64,000 bases of DNA. It comes from an uncultured Gammaproteobacteria bacterium (lineage in GTDB: Bacteria > Pseudomonadota > Gammaproteobacteria > DRLM01). The position numbers and the translations under genes are program-made. Every line of letters starts with the position of its first letter. The stretch's first letter is position 1. The notes below the pieces were generated by a model. That model had not been told where the DNA came from. It made no database searches and was given only the letters and a program-made list of their open reading frames with translations. Where the stretch lies: contig CAVSNY010000007.1 in NCBI GenBank assembly GCA_963729605.1, positions 192,001 through 256,000 of the forward strand, written 5' to 3'. Shown piece by piece: positions 54,808 through 64,000 of this stretch.

Positions 54808-55623
54808 ATGCAAATATTAGTTACCCTGAAAGAATATCAGATCTTGCGCGTGGCCTTGCAAACCGGCGTGCCGCATGTCGAGTGTTCGCTGGACTTGGGC
54901 CGATCCATGACGCGCGTTGAGGTGGCCGATGAGGGCTGGTGTTGGCAAGGCCGATGGTTTCCCTATCTCGAGAGTTGTAACGACAGGACCATCTATTATT
55001 GGGATGGCGAGTCGTTTCAACCGGTGTCGCGTTACACCACGTCCTTGATCAAATTGGTGCCGACTGACTGGGGGGCGCCGACCTTCGAGATCGACGGCAT
55101 CAAAATGCTGCCCACGGCACAACTCTCTCCTTACACCGACGCCGAACGCAAGGTGGCGTTGATACAACCGCGCGGCAAGCTGATATTGGACACCTGCGGC
55201 GGCCTCGGTTATTTCGCCGCCTGGTGCGTGCGCGGCCTGGCCCGGCGGGTGCTGTCTTTTGAAAAGAATCCCGACGTGGTGTGGTTGCGGGATTTAAATC
55301 CCTGGTCGCCGAAGGTGGACGAGGTGTTGAGTTTGACGGTGGGCGATATCGTCGAGCAGATCGTCTCGCTGCCCGATGGTTCGGTCGATGCCATCTTGCA
55401 CGACCCGCCGCGTTTCGGCATCGCCGGCGAACTTTACTCGCAGGTCTTTTACAATCAGTTCGCCCGGGTGCTGCGTCGCAAAGGCAAACTGTTTCATTAC
55501 ACGGGTGCGCCCAACAAATTGACCAGCGGCCGCGACGTGCCCAACGAAGTGGCGAAACGTTTGCGCCGCGCCGGTTTCGTCACGGAGTTGAACGGCGACG
55601 GCGTGCTGGCGGTGAAAAGTTAA
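54808..55623 (+). CDS. SAM-dependent methyltransferase
   Basis: PTFEIDGIKM, LDTCGGLGY, ILHDPPRF..AGELYS, LFHYTG. Confidence 0.9.
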   Translation: MQILVTLKEYQILRVALQTGVPHVECSLDLGRSMTRVEVADEGWCWQGRWFPYLESCNDRTIYYWDGESFQPVSRYTTSLIKLVPTDWGAPTFEIDGIKMLPTAQLSPYTDAERKVALIQPRGKLILDTCGGLGYFAAWCVRGLARRVLSFEKNPDVVWLRDLNPWSPKVDEVLSLTVGDIVEQIVSLPDGSVDAILHDPPRFGIAGELYSQVFYNQFARVLRRKGKLFHYTGAPNKLTSGRDVPNEVAKRLRRAGFVTELNGDGVLAVKS

Positions 55624-55834
55624 GCCGCACTGGCGCCGCGGCGAAGTTATGCGGCCGATCACCGCCCGCGGGTTCACGGTCCTTTTTGAAAGATCGAGTG
55701 GCCCGGCACGCCGGCCTCGCTTGTTCGACATCGAAGAATCTTTCGAATACATCGCTTGTCCGCTCGTGGCGAAGGGCGAAGATGAAAGAAGTGTTCTGCG
55801 GAGTGAGGATGATCATCCGGGCGCCCTCACCCCT

Positions 55835-56347
55835 GCCCTCTCCCGCTCGCGGGAGAGGGAGGAATCCGTCACGCTGACCGTGGCGCCCGTGATATTGCCT
55901 CTCCCGCGCGCGAGGGAGGAATGATTTTGCGAGGTACGAGAAAATTACGGACCAGTCTCTCCCGCGCGCGCGGGAGGAATGGGATGGAATCATTGCGTGT
56001 GCAGGCCGGCGCTGTCTCTCCCGCTCGCGCGAGCGAGGAATGGTGGTGGTCGTTCCGTCCGTTTCGGGTCATGCGCCTCTCCCACTCGTGTGCGCGGGAG
56101 GAATAATGCAGCGGTTCGACAAGAACATTCATGCCGAGCCTCTCGCCCGCGGGAGAGGAGAGAAATCATCGCCCAGGCGGGCGTCGATTTTCCGCTGAGC
56201 CTCCGGCTCGCGGGAGAGAGGGAAGTTGATCGGTTCATCCCCACGCATGTGGGGAACGAGCCTCCCGCGTGCGGGAGAGAGAAGAAATTACTTCCGCAGC
56301 TTCATCATCAGTTCGAACGAGCCTCCGGCTCGCGGGAGAGAGGGAAT
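55835..56347. CRISPR. Orphan CRISPR-like array: 9 divergent REP-derived hairpin repeats and 8 unique spacers (non-canonical, no cas genes nearby)
   Basis: Repeats start at 55835, 55897, 55955, 56014, 56075, 56136, 56197, 56258, 56319 (26-31 bp, CTC(T)CCGC..GCGGGAG core, GAAT/AAAT/AAGT end); spacers 30-33 bp and mutually unrelated. Confidence 0.65.
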
Positions 56348-56463
56348 AATAATGCTCAGCCTGGTATTCCAGTGTTGCGTTAGGTTGCCCATCGTGGACG
56401 GGTTCCAGCTGGGATGCCCCGGCGTCGCTGGCCCGCGACGCCGATGCTGGGATACCATAACCC

Positions 56464-56733
56464 ATGGCCAGGGTCGTCTTCACCGATAACTTGCAGCGGC
56501 TCGTCGCTTGCCCGCCCGTGGAGACGGACGGCGGCAGCTTGCGCGAGGTGCTGGACGCGGCATTCCGGAAACATGCGCGGGTACGGACTTATGTGCTCGA
56601 CGAGCAAGGCGCCATTCGTAAACACGTCGCGGTGTTCATCGACGGCGTCCTGGTCCAAGATCGTCAAACCTTGACGGATCCGGTGTCGCCCACGGCGCAG
56701 GTGTACGTCATGCAAGCCTTGTCGGGAGGATGA
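56464..56733 (+). CDS. MoaD/ThiS family ubiquitin-like protein
   Basis: 89 aa beta-grasp pattern, YVLDEQG..RKHV, C-terminal ALSGG. Confidence 0.92.
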   Translation: MARVVFTDNLQRLVACPPVETDGGSLREVLDAAFRKHARVRTYVLDEQGAIRKHVAVFIDGVLVQDRQTLTDPVSPTAQVYVMQALSGG

Positions 56734-56737
56734 TTTC

Positions 56738-57838
56738 ATGTCGAATCGCTTATTGGCGGGGACGCGGAAGGGATTGTTCGTTTTTAATATGGATGACCGG
56801 CACGCGACCTTGAGCGCCACCCATTTTCTCGGCGAGCCCGCGACGGCGGTGCTGCCGGTGAGCGATACGGAGTGGTACGTGTCCTTGGGACACGGCCACT
56901 TCGGCGCCAAACTGCATTACACCGACGACGCGGGCGCGAGCTTCCGTGAAATCGCGTCGCCCGCCTATCCGCCCAAGCCGGAAGGCCTGGAGGATCTCGA
57001 CCCCATGCGTAAGCAGCCCATCCCGTGGGCCGTGCAGCAGAACTGGATACTCGAGGCCGGCGGCGCGGCGGGTGAGCTGTGGTGCGGCACCATACCCGGC
57101 GGCCTGTTCCGCTCCGCCGACCGCGGCGCTTCGTGGCAATTCATGGACGCCTTGTGGAATCAGCCGGCGCGCGCCAAGTGGTTCGGCGGCGGTTACGATT
57201 ATCCGGGCATCCATTCCATTTGCGTCGATCCGCGCGACGCGGCGACGGTGACGGTCGCCGTGTCCTGCGGCGGTCTGTGGCGGACCACGGATCGCGGCCA
57301 GACCTGGAGTTCGCACGGCCGCGGCATGCGCGCCGCGTATATGCCGCCGGAGTTGGCCGGCGATGCCGAGATTCAAGACCCGCATCGCATGGTGCAGTGT
57401 CCGGGCGCGCCGTCGCATTTTTGGATACAGCATCACAACGGCATCTTTCGCTCCACGAACGACGCGGTCGATTGGAGCGAGCGGCACGGCACGCCGTCCA
57501 GCTTCGGCTTCGCGGTGGCGGTCCATCCGCGCGACCCCGACATCGCCTGGTTCGTACCGGCCCAGCAAGACGTCTGCCGCGTGCCGGTGGCGGGCCGCTT
57601 CGGCGTGATGCGCACCCGCGACGGCGGCGACTCGTTCCACTTGTTGACCGAGGGCTTGCCCGACGCGCCGGCCTATCATCTGGTGTATCGTCACGGACTG
57701 GATGTCGACGGCGCCGGCGACACCTTGGCCATGGGTTCCACCACCGGCAGCTTGTGGCTGGGCCGCGACGGCGGCGAGCGTTGGAGCCGGGTCAGCGCCG
57801 AACTGCCCCCTATCAATACCGTTCGCTTCTGCCGCTAG
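56738..57838 (+). CDS. BNR/Asp-box beta-propeller (sialidase-like) protein
   Basis: GTRKGL start; repeated S/TxDxGxSW boxes; QHHNG. Confidence 0.9.
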   Translation: MSNRLLAGTRKGLFVFNMDDRHATLSATHFLGEPATAVLPVSDTEWYVSLGHGHFGAKLHYTDDAGASFREIASPAYPPKPEGLEDLDPMRKQPIPWAVQQNWILEAGGAAGELWCGTIPGGLFRSADRGASWQFMDALWNQPARAKWFGGGYDYPGIHSICVDPRDAATVTVAVSCGGLWRTTDRGQTWSSHGRGMRAAYMPPELAGDAEIQDPHRMVQCPGAPSHFWIQHHNGIFRSTNDAVDWSERHGTPSSFGFAVAVHPRDPDIAWFVPAQQDVCRVPVAGRFGVMRTRDGGDSFHLLTEGLPDAPAYHLVYRHGLDVDGAGDTLAMGSTTGSLWLGRDGGERWSRVSAELPPINTVRFCR

Positions 57839-58180
57839 GGTGATCGGCGGTGTAACCCGATGAGATGACCGGTAACGGCTGACTGGCGGCGTGCTCAATG
57901 ACGTAGCGTGAGCGCCGTGCTGACGCCCCGCCCCGGCCGTTCTCCATCACTCATGATTAATGCCGCCATTGGCCGCGCGCATTGGGCGGTGCGCCGCAAC
58001 GGCCGCGGCCATTTTTATAAATGGCGATCACCCGACGATGGCCCGGCAGGCCGAATGATCGAACCTGTGTTCCGCACGGCCTCCATTTAAATCAGATACG
58101 CTTCTTTCATGGGTTATCTTGTCTAAAAAACGCATTGGGATATTCCGGGCTGCATTGGCCACTTTTTTGAGTCATGATTC

Positions 58181-59749
58181 ATGCAAAACCTTCGTTTCGA
58201 TAATCGCTTCGTTCATCAACTGCCCGCCGATCCCGAAAGTGGCCCGCGCCCGCGGCAAGTACAGGGCGCCGCGTATTCACGCGTCGATCCCACGCCGGTG
58301 AGCGCGCCTCGGCTGGCGGCGTATTCGCGCGAGGTGGCGGCGCTGCTCGGTATCGACGACGCGAGTATTGCATCGCCTGCTTTCGCGCAAGTCTTCGGCG
58401 GTAATGCCCTGCTCGACGGCATGTTGCCTTACGCGGCGAATTACGGCGGTCACCAGTTCGGCCACTGGGCGGGCCAGCTCGGCGACGGCCGCGCGATCAC
58501 GCTCGGCGAAACGATCAACGCGGCGGGCCAGCGCTGGGAACTGCAACTCAAGGGCGCGGGCCCGACGCCGTATTCGCGGCGCGCCGACGGCCGCGCGGTG
58601 TTGCGTTCGTCGGTGCGCGAGTTTCTGTGCAGCGAGGCCATGTTCCATCTCGGCGTGCCCACCACCCGCGCCTTGAGTCTGATGACGACCGGTGAACGGG
58701 TGGTGCGCGATATGTTTTACGACGGTCACCCCAAGGCCGAGCCCGGCGCCATCGTGTGCCGGGTCGCGCCGTCGTTCATCCGCTTCGGCAATTTCGAATT
58801 GCCGGCGGCGCGCGGCGATACGGCGCTGTTGCAACAGTTGATCGACTTCACCATTCGCCGCGATTTCCCCGAATTGAGTGAAGATGACCGCCACGGCGAA
58901 TCGCTGCGCACCGCGTGGTTCGCGCAGGTGTGCGAACGCACGGCGCGCATGGTCGCGCATTGGATGCGGGTAGGTTTCGTGCACGGAGTGATGAACACCG
59001 ACAATATGTCGGTGCTCGGCCTCACCATCGACTACGGACCCTATGGCTGGGTCGATAATTTCGATTTGGATTGGACGCCCAACACCACCGATGCGGAGGG
59101 ACGCCGCTACCGTTTCGGTAATCAACCGGAAATCGCTTATTGGAATTTAACCCGCTTCGCCAATGCAGTGGCGCCGGCCTTCGCCTCGCTGGAACCGCTG
59201 CATGCCGGATTGCAACGTTACGTGGATGTCTTCGAGGTCGCCGAGCGCGGCCACATCGCGGCCAAGCTCGGTCTCGCCGAGGGTTTGGAAGAGGATGTCG
59301 AACTCATGCGGGCCTTGTACGCGTTGCTGCAATCGGCCGAAGTCGATATGACGTTGTTCTTCCGCGCCTTGAGCGATGTGGAGATTGATGCGCCGACGCT
59401 GGCACCGTTGCACGGCGCATTTTACGACGAGGCGAAGCGGCAGCATGCCGAACCCGCCTTCATGGCGTGGCTGACCCGTTATGCGTCGCGCGTGCGCCGC
59501 GATAATGAACCCGCCGGGCAACGGCGCGCGCGCATGCGGGCGGTCAATCCGCGCTACGTGTTGCGCAATTATCTGGCGCAAGAGGCGATAGACCGCGCCG
59601 AGGCCGGCGACGACGCGGGCATACACGAATTGCTCGACGTCTTGCGCCGCCCTTACGACGATCAACCGGACCGCGATTCATTCGCCCAGCGCCGGCCGGA
59701 CTGGGCGCGTCATCGCGCCGGGTGTTCGATGTTGTCATGCAGCTCGTGA
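58181..59749 (+). CDS. selO: Protein adenylyltransferase SelO/YdiU
   Basis: [29 protein letters not shown]-terminal CSMLSCSS. Confidence 0.96.
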   Translation: MQNLRFDNRFVHQLPADPESGPRPRQVQGAAYSRVDPTPVSAPRLAAYSREVAALLGIDDASIASPAFAQVFGGNALLDGMLPYAANYGGHQFGHWAGQLGDGRAITLGETINAAGQRWELQLKGAGPTPYSRRADGRAVLRSSVREFLCSEAMFHLGVPTTRALSLMTTGERVVRDMFYDGHPKAEPGAIVCRVAPSFIRFGNFELPAARGDTALLQQLIDFTIRRDFPELSEDDRHGESLRTAWFAQVCERTARMVAHWMRVGFVHGVMNTDNMSVLGLTIDYGPYGWVDNFDLDWTPNTTDAEGRRYRFGNQPEIAYWNLTRFANAVAPAFASLEPLHAGLQRYVDVFEVAERGHIAAKLGLAEGLEEDVELMRALYALLQSAEVDMTLFFRALSDVEIDAPTLAPLHGAFYDEAKRQHAEPAFMAWLTRYASRVRRDNEPAGQRRARMRAVNPRYVLRNYLAQEAIDRAEAGDDAGIHELLDVLRRPYDDQPDRDSFAQRRPDWARHRAGCSMLSCSS

Positions 59750-59869
59750 GGGGTGAATCGGTGACAGGGCGCTTGGGTGTTCGGTCCTGCGTTGTCGAGC
59801 GATGATATTAAGATCGGACGTTCGAGGTTTTAAGCCGCTGAGGCGTGCCGCGTTCGCGACAGCTTTAGG

Positions 59870-60019
59870 GGAAGCGCTGAATAATTCCATCCGGGAATTT
59901 TCAGAACACGAGCAGCGAAAATGGGATTTTCGCCTCGCGCCATTTTCAATGGCTGACACCATTGAAAATGGCCGCACATCCGTATGCCGCGGGAACCTCT
60001 GAATTAAATCAGAGGTTCC
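59870..60019. mobile_element. MITE copy 4
   Basis: GGAAGCGCTGAATAA...TCAGAGGTTCC; TTAG (plus one extra G) on the left and TTAG on the right. Confidence 0.85.
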
Positions 60020-60192
60020 TTAGCAAGCGCATGTGTCGGTGCAATGTGCGGGCGGAGGTGCGGGCGCGCCGGAATTTATTGCGCAGGGCAGAACGCGAAG
60101 TGATCTTTGTTGAAGACCTGTATCGCTGATTCGTCGCCTACCCTGCGCATTCAATATGAATCATGGCATTCCGGATTTCGGCTCAGCCTCAG

Positions 60193-60534
60193 TTAGCCGG
60201 CGTTGACCCGGTAATGCCCTTCGCCGGCCGCGTCTTGTGTGCAGTGTTGGCCGATGACGGCCGGTTCCATTTCATCGTCGAACATTAAACCCATGCCGCT
60301 GCTGGTGACTCGCACCACCATGGCCTTGGTGCGCAACAGCGGTTGATTGATGTCTTTTTTGAGGGGGAACACGACCTCGATCAAGGCGTGTAGCGGCAGG
60401 CGCATTCGTCCGGTGTGGACGAACATGCCATGCCGGCTGAGATTGAGGGCGTTCGCTTGGAGTAAACCAAGGCTGTTGTAATAAATGGCGACTGGGGTAT
60501 TCGATGCGGCCCGTTCGCTCAGGCGATGTTCCAT
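60193..60534 (-). CDS. PilZ domain protein
   Basis: EHRLSER and NLSRHG motifs, GMGLMF; RBS GGAGG. Confidence 0.85.
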   Translation of the reverse strand: MEHRLSERAASNTPVAIYYNSLGLLQANALNLSRHGMFVHTGRMRLPLHALIEVVFPLKKDINQPLLRTKAMVVRVTSSGMGLMFDDEMEPAVIGQHCTQDAAGEGHYRVNAG

Positions 60535-60818
60535 AATGACCTCCATTTTCCATTTAGTCAGCGTGCCGATGGGCGTTGGAGTCGCGCGAGCGCGGTTTGT
60601 AAAGACTCCAAAAACACCGGTGCGCGCCGGATACGACAAGGCGCAATGACGTCAGCTTGGGACGGGGTGCAACGTTGCAGTGATGCAATGATGGGTTGCG
60701 CCGCCAGTTGAAGCCGCATTTGCATCGAGCCGGAGAGAAATGCGGCAACGGTTAGTTAATAAAAGCCTAAGTTCCGGCCAAGATAAAGCACGGTATATGC
60801 GAATGATGATTGGGGTAT

Positions 60819-61439
60819 CTACCGAGATTCCCGGCAGGCTACCGTCACTCTCACCAATTCGGCCACGGATTTGACGTGGAGTTTTTGCATGATTTTGGCG
60901 CGGTGGGCCTCGACGGTCTTGGTGCTCAAACCCAGGTCCGCGGCGATGCGCTTGCTGGATTCGCCGGCGATGACACGATCCAGCACCTCATGCTCGCGTT
61001 TGGTGAGATGGGCCAGGCCTTCCTTGGCTTCGCCGAGGGCGGCTTGTCTACCCCGGTTTTCGGTGTCTTGTTGCAGGGCATGTTGGATACGGTCCAGCAA
61101 GGCCTGGTCGTTGAAAGGTTTTTCGATGAAATCGACCGCGCCATTTTTCAAGGCGCGCACCGCCATGGGGACGTCGCCGTGGCCGGTGATAATGATGATA
61201 GGGATTTCAATGTGATGGGTTCTGAGGTGTTCCTGTAGCTCCAGGCCGCTGATTTCGGGCATGCGCACATCCAGCACGACGCAGCCGGGGCGGTCGTTAT
61301 GGAAACTGTTGAGAAAATCGCGGGCCGAACCATAGGTTTCCACCGGCAGACCGACCGATTCGATCAGCCAGCGCAACGATTCCCGCACCGCTTTGTCGTC
61401 GTCGATCACATAGGTAATGGGTTGGCTGCTGGTCATCAT
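60819..61439 (-). CDS. FixJ/TtrR-like response regulator (REC + LuxR HTH)
   Basis: VIDDD, LDVRMP, ITGHGD, FIEKP, LTKRE..KTVEAHR. Confidence 0.94.
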   Translation of the reverse strand: MMTSSQPITYVIDDDKAVRESLRWLIESVGLPVETYGSARDFLNSFHNDRPGCVVLDVRMPEISGLELQEHLRTHHIEIPIIIITGHGDVPMAVRALKNGAVDFIEKPFNDQALLDRIQHALQQDTENRGRQAALGEAKEGLAHLTKREHEVLDRVIAGESSKRIAADLGLSTKTVEAHRAKIMQKLHVKSVAELVRVTVACRESR

Positions 61440-63700
61440 GAATTGTCCCTCGCCAGAGGTAAGGTGAACGTGAACACCATGCCACGGGGTTTGTCGGGTT
61501 CCGCCCAGAGACGGCCTTCGTGACTCTCTATTATGGTACGGCTGATGGATAAACCCATACCCATGCCGCCATTTTTTGTGGTGTAAAAGGCATTGAAGAT
61601 GTCGTTGAGGTGATCGTGCGGCACCCCGGGACCGGTGTCGCGCAACGACACCCGCACGCGATTGTTGTCCATGCCGGTCTCGACATGCAAGACGCGGTGG
61701 TCTTGCTTCATCGCCGTCATGGCCTCGAAGGCGTTGTGCGCGATATTGATGATGACTTGTTGTATTTGCGTGGGATTGACCATCACCGGCAAGGGAGTTT
61801 CATGAAGATGCAGGTGTACGGGGATGCCGGCGTTGCGCGCCTCCGGCAGCACCAGATGCACGGCGTGGCGGACCAGCTCGTTGATGTCGGTGGTGATCAG
61901 CACGGGTTTTTCCTTGCTGACGAATTGGCGGACATTGCGCACCACCGCGGCGGCCCTTTCGGTCTGTCCTATCACTTCCTCCAGCGCGTGCAGCAATTGT
62001 TGCGAATCGAGTTGGCCGGCGCGCAGCCGCAAGACGCATCCTTGCACGTAATTGCGCACCGCCGACAAGGGTTGGTTGATATCGTGCGCCAAGGCGGTGG
62101 CCATTTCACCCATGGTGGTCAGGCGCAGGCAGTGGGCCAATTCGTTTTCGTGGCTGCGGAGCAATTCTTGCGCCTTGATTTTATCGGTGATGTCCACCCA
62201 ATAACCCACCACCTCGATAGGGACGTTGTTCTCATCGCGGACCAGGCGTACGTCGTCGTGCAGCCAGCGGTAGTCGCCGTCTTTGGCGCGGAACCGGTAT
62301 TCGCGGTGGTGAGCCCCCTCGCGCAGCAGGGTATCCATGCTTTTCTGCACCGCCATTTTATCGTCCGGATGCACATGCTCGATCCAGAATTGCCGGTCGT
62401 TCAGGAATTCACCGGGTTCATACCCCAGTTGCGCGCGGACGTTGTCGCTGATGAAGGTGGTGGGGCAGTTGCGATCGGGGGCGCAACTGTAAATCATGGC
62501 GGGGGTCGCGGTAAGCAGGTGCTGGAGCCGGCCGTTGAGGGTGAGCAGACGTTGTTTGATGAGTTTGTGTTCCTGGATTTCTTCTTTGAGAAACCGCGAG
62601 GACTGATGGAGGCGGCGATTTAAATGATGGACGTACACCAGCAAGGAGCAGCCGATGATGAAACCGATGCCGATGGCCGTCAACCAGGGCCAGTATTGCT
62701 TGGCCAAATCGGACACGGTGATTTTGCCGAAATCCTGGTAGGGCGGTGCGTGCAGTTCCCGCAACAGGGCGTGGACCGGGGAATAGTCGAGCGGGATGGT
62801 CCATCCCGCGTAATCGCCGGCCTTGGCCGCCTCGCTGTCCGGAGTCATGGACAGCAGGGCGATGGCGATCTTTTCCGCGAGGTCCGCCGGCGCGGTGGGC
62901 AGTTGGGCGAAAGGCCACTCGGGATAAAGCTGAGTGCTCAGTAGAAAGGGAAAATCATTGGCGACCGGGTGCAGCACTTTTATATCTAGAAGATCGATTT
63001 GTCCCCACATGGCCATGGATTCCAGCACGCCGGTGCGCACGCTGCCGGCGTCCGCGCGATTGTTGAGCACCGCGCGCACCACGTTGTCTTGCGGAAAACC
63101 CAGCGGAATCAATTCAAGGTCGCGCAATGAGGGGATGTCGTGCTGCTTGATTTCCCGCCAAGCCATTTGAAAGCCGCCGAAGGCGCCGCTGTCCACCGCG
63201 GCGAAACGGCGGCCGCGCAAATCGGCGAGGGTTTGAATGTCGTGGCGGTCGGCGCGGGTAAAAATCACCGCGCCGAATTGCGTGAGCGGCGCCCCGCCCT
63301 GGATATTTTTGAGGGTGGCGATACGGCTGGCGCCGTAACGGGTCTCGAGTTCAACGTAATGTCCGGGATTGGTCAGTGTAAAGTGCAGGGAATTGGCCGC
63401 CACCGCCCGGTTCATGGCGGGGATGTCCATGGGCAGCAGATTAAAATGGTAGCCATTAAAGGTACGGTTGAGGTAATCCACGGTAGGTGACCAGCGTTGC
63501 AGGGCATAGTCGTTGCCGCGGTGGGCGAGTACACCGATATGGATGGGGATGATTGGGGTTTCCTGCGCCGGCGTGTCGCGAGGCAGGAAAATCAATAAAA
63601 CCGCCATGATTCCCGCGCATGCCACATACCCCCGCCTTGGATGGTGGAATAAAGTGCCGTCTCGCCTGTGGGGGCGGTGTCGGGATAATGAGTGAGGCAT
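61436..63700 (-). CDS. TtrS-like sensor histidine kinase (periplasmic binding domain + PAS)
   Basis: IGVLAHRG, TNPGHY, YPEWPFA, WTIPLDY; PAS; GEMATALAHDINQPL, DTGPG, GMGMGLSIS; start uncertain. Confidence 0.9.
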   Translation of the reverse strand: MPHSLSRHRPHRRDGTLFHHPRRGYVACAGIMAVLLIFLPRDTPAQETPIIPIHIGVLAHRGNDYALQRWSPTVDYLNRTFNGYHFNLLPMDIPAMNRAVAANSLHFTLTNPGHYVELETRYGASRIATLKNIQGGAPLTQFGAVIFTRADRHDIQTLADLRGRRFAAVDSGAFGGFQMAWREIKQHDIPSLRDLELIPLGFPQDNVVRAVLNNRADAGSVRTGVLESMAMWGQIDLLDIKVLHPVANDFPFLLSTQLYPEWPFAQLPTAPADLAEKIAIALLSMTPDSEAAKAGDYAGWTIPLDYSPVHALLRELHAPPYQDFGKITVSDLAKQYWPWLTAIGIGFIIGCSLLVYVHHLNRRLHQSSRFLKEEIQEHKLIKQRLLTLNGRLQHLLTATPAMIYSCAPDRNCPTTFISDNVRAQLGYEPGEFLNDRQFWIEHVHPDDKMAVQKSMDTLLREGAHHREYRFRAKDGDYRWLHDDVRLVRDENNVPIEVVGYWVDITDKIKAQELLRSHENELAHCLRLTTMGEMATALAHDINQPLSAVRNYVQGCVLRLRAGQLDSQQLLHALEEVIGQTERAAAVVRNVRQFVSKEKPVLITTDINELVRHAVHLVLPEARNAGIPVHLHLHETPLPVMVNPTQIQQVIINIAHNAFEAMTAMKQDHRVLHVETGMDNNRVRVSLRDTGPGVPHDHLNDIFNAFYTTKNGGMGMGLSISRTIIESHEGRLWAEPDKPRGMVFTFTLPLARDNS

Positions 63701-63857
63701 CCGCTTTTTTAGTGCCCGATTCCCGGGCGATTAAACCAATATCCTTATGATACTGCCGATTGTGGTGGAGTCGGCGCGGCGAAGCAACACGGGGTTTATC
63801 CGGATAGGTCGATTTATCGGGGAACCGCGTTGAGCGGGCGGCGTATCGCCGCCCGGT

Positions 63858-64000
63858 TTACGGGGCGACGGGTGCGATGACGGTCGGCGTCGGCGCGGTG
63901 ATGGACGGCGCGGGGCTTGGATCGATGTTCTGTATTTGCTTCGCGCCCGGCAGTTTTTCCAAGGTATCCAGCACGCGAGTGAGTTTGGCGTCCAAATCGC
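63858..64000 (-). CDS. C-terminal fragment of an unidentified protein (runs off the window)
   Basis: Open frame ..DLDAKLTRVLDTLEKLPG..PVAP* followed by GC hairpin 63836-63855. Confidence 0.55.
   Translation of the reverse strand, partial: DLDAKLTRVLDTLEKLPGAKQIQNIDPSPAPSITAPTPTVIAPVAP

Noticed and set aside
55835-56347. Calling the array a canonical CRISPR-Cas locus
   Set aside because: Repeats are too divergent, there is no evident leader, and no cas gene lies in the window; kept as CRISPR-like only
55580-56489. Short ORFs on both strands across the array
   Set aside because: They are translations of the palindromic repeats (SRARE, ARGRE) with no RBS or family motif
59735-59749. Selenocysteine read-through at the selO TGA
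   Set aside because: The protein already ends in the normal Cys form (CSS) and no SECIS-like hairpin is evident

Overview
GC-rich chromosomal segment of a Gammaproteobacterium (inferred from gene order such as hemA-prfA-prmC, lolB-ispE-tRNA-Gln-prs-rplY-pth-ychF-tRNA-Met, ubiK/comM opposite glnK-amtB). Most of it is housekeeping: tal, clsB, mpl-ubiX, a fadE-fadI-fadJ-fadD-yciA beta-oxidation operon, c-di-GMP genes, selO and a TtrSR/FixLJ-like two-component pair. The non-coding and accessory parts are more interesting. (1) A Cas-free, CRISPR-like array at 55835-56347 has 9 hairpin repeats derived from a REP-type palindrome and 8 unique 30-33 bp spacers on a ~61 bp period; one spacer is itself a type I-E CRISPR repeat. 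(2) A ~150 bp structured MITE with IS5-like ends and YTAR target duplications occurs in four full copies and one partial copy. (3) Two integron-cassette-like genes with a degenerate attC lie next to a decayed dgkA. (4) A ~1 kb integrase-free island at tRNA-Met carries only a toxin-antitoxin pair and is followed by a 46-codon hsdR/hsdM deletion scar. (5) prfA and a fructosamine kinase carry single-base frameshifts that may be assembly errors. All protein calls come from recognising motifs by eye; no database search was run.
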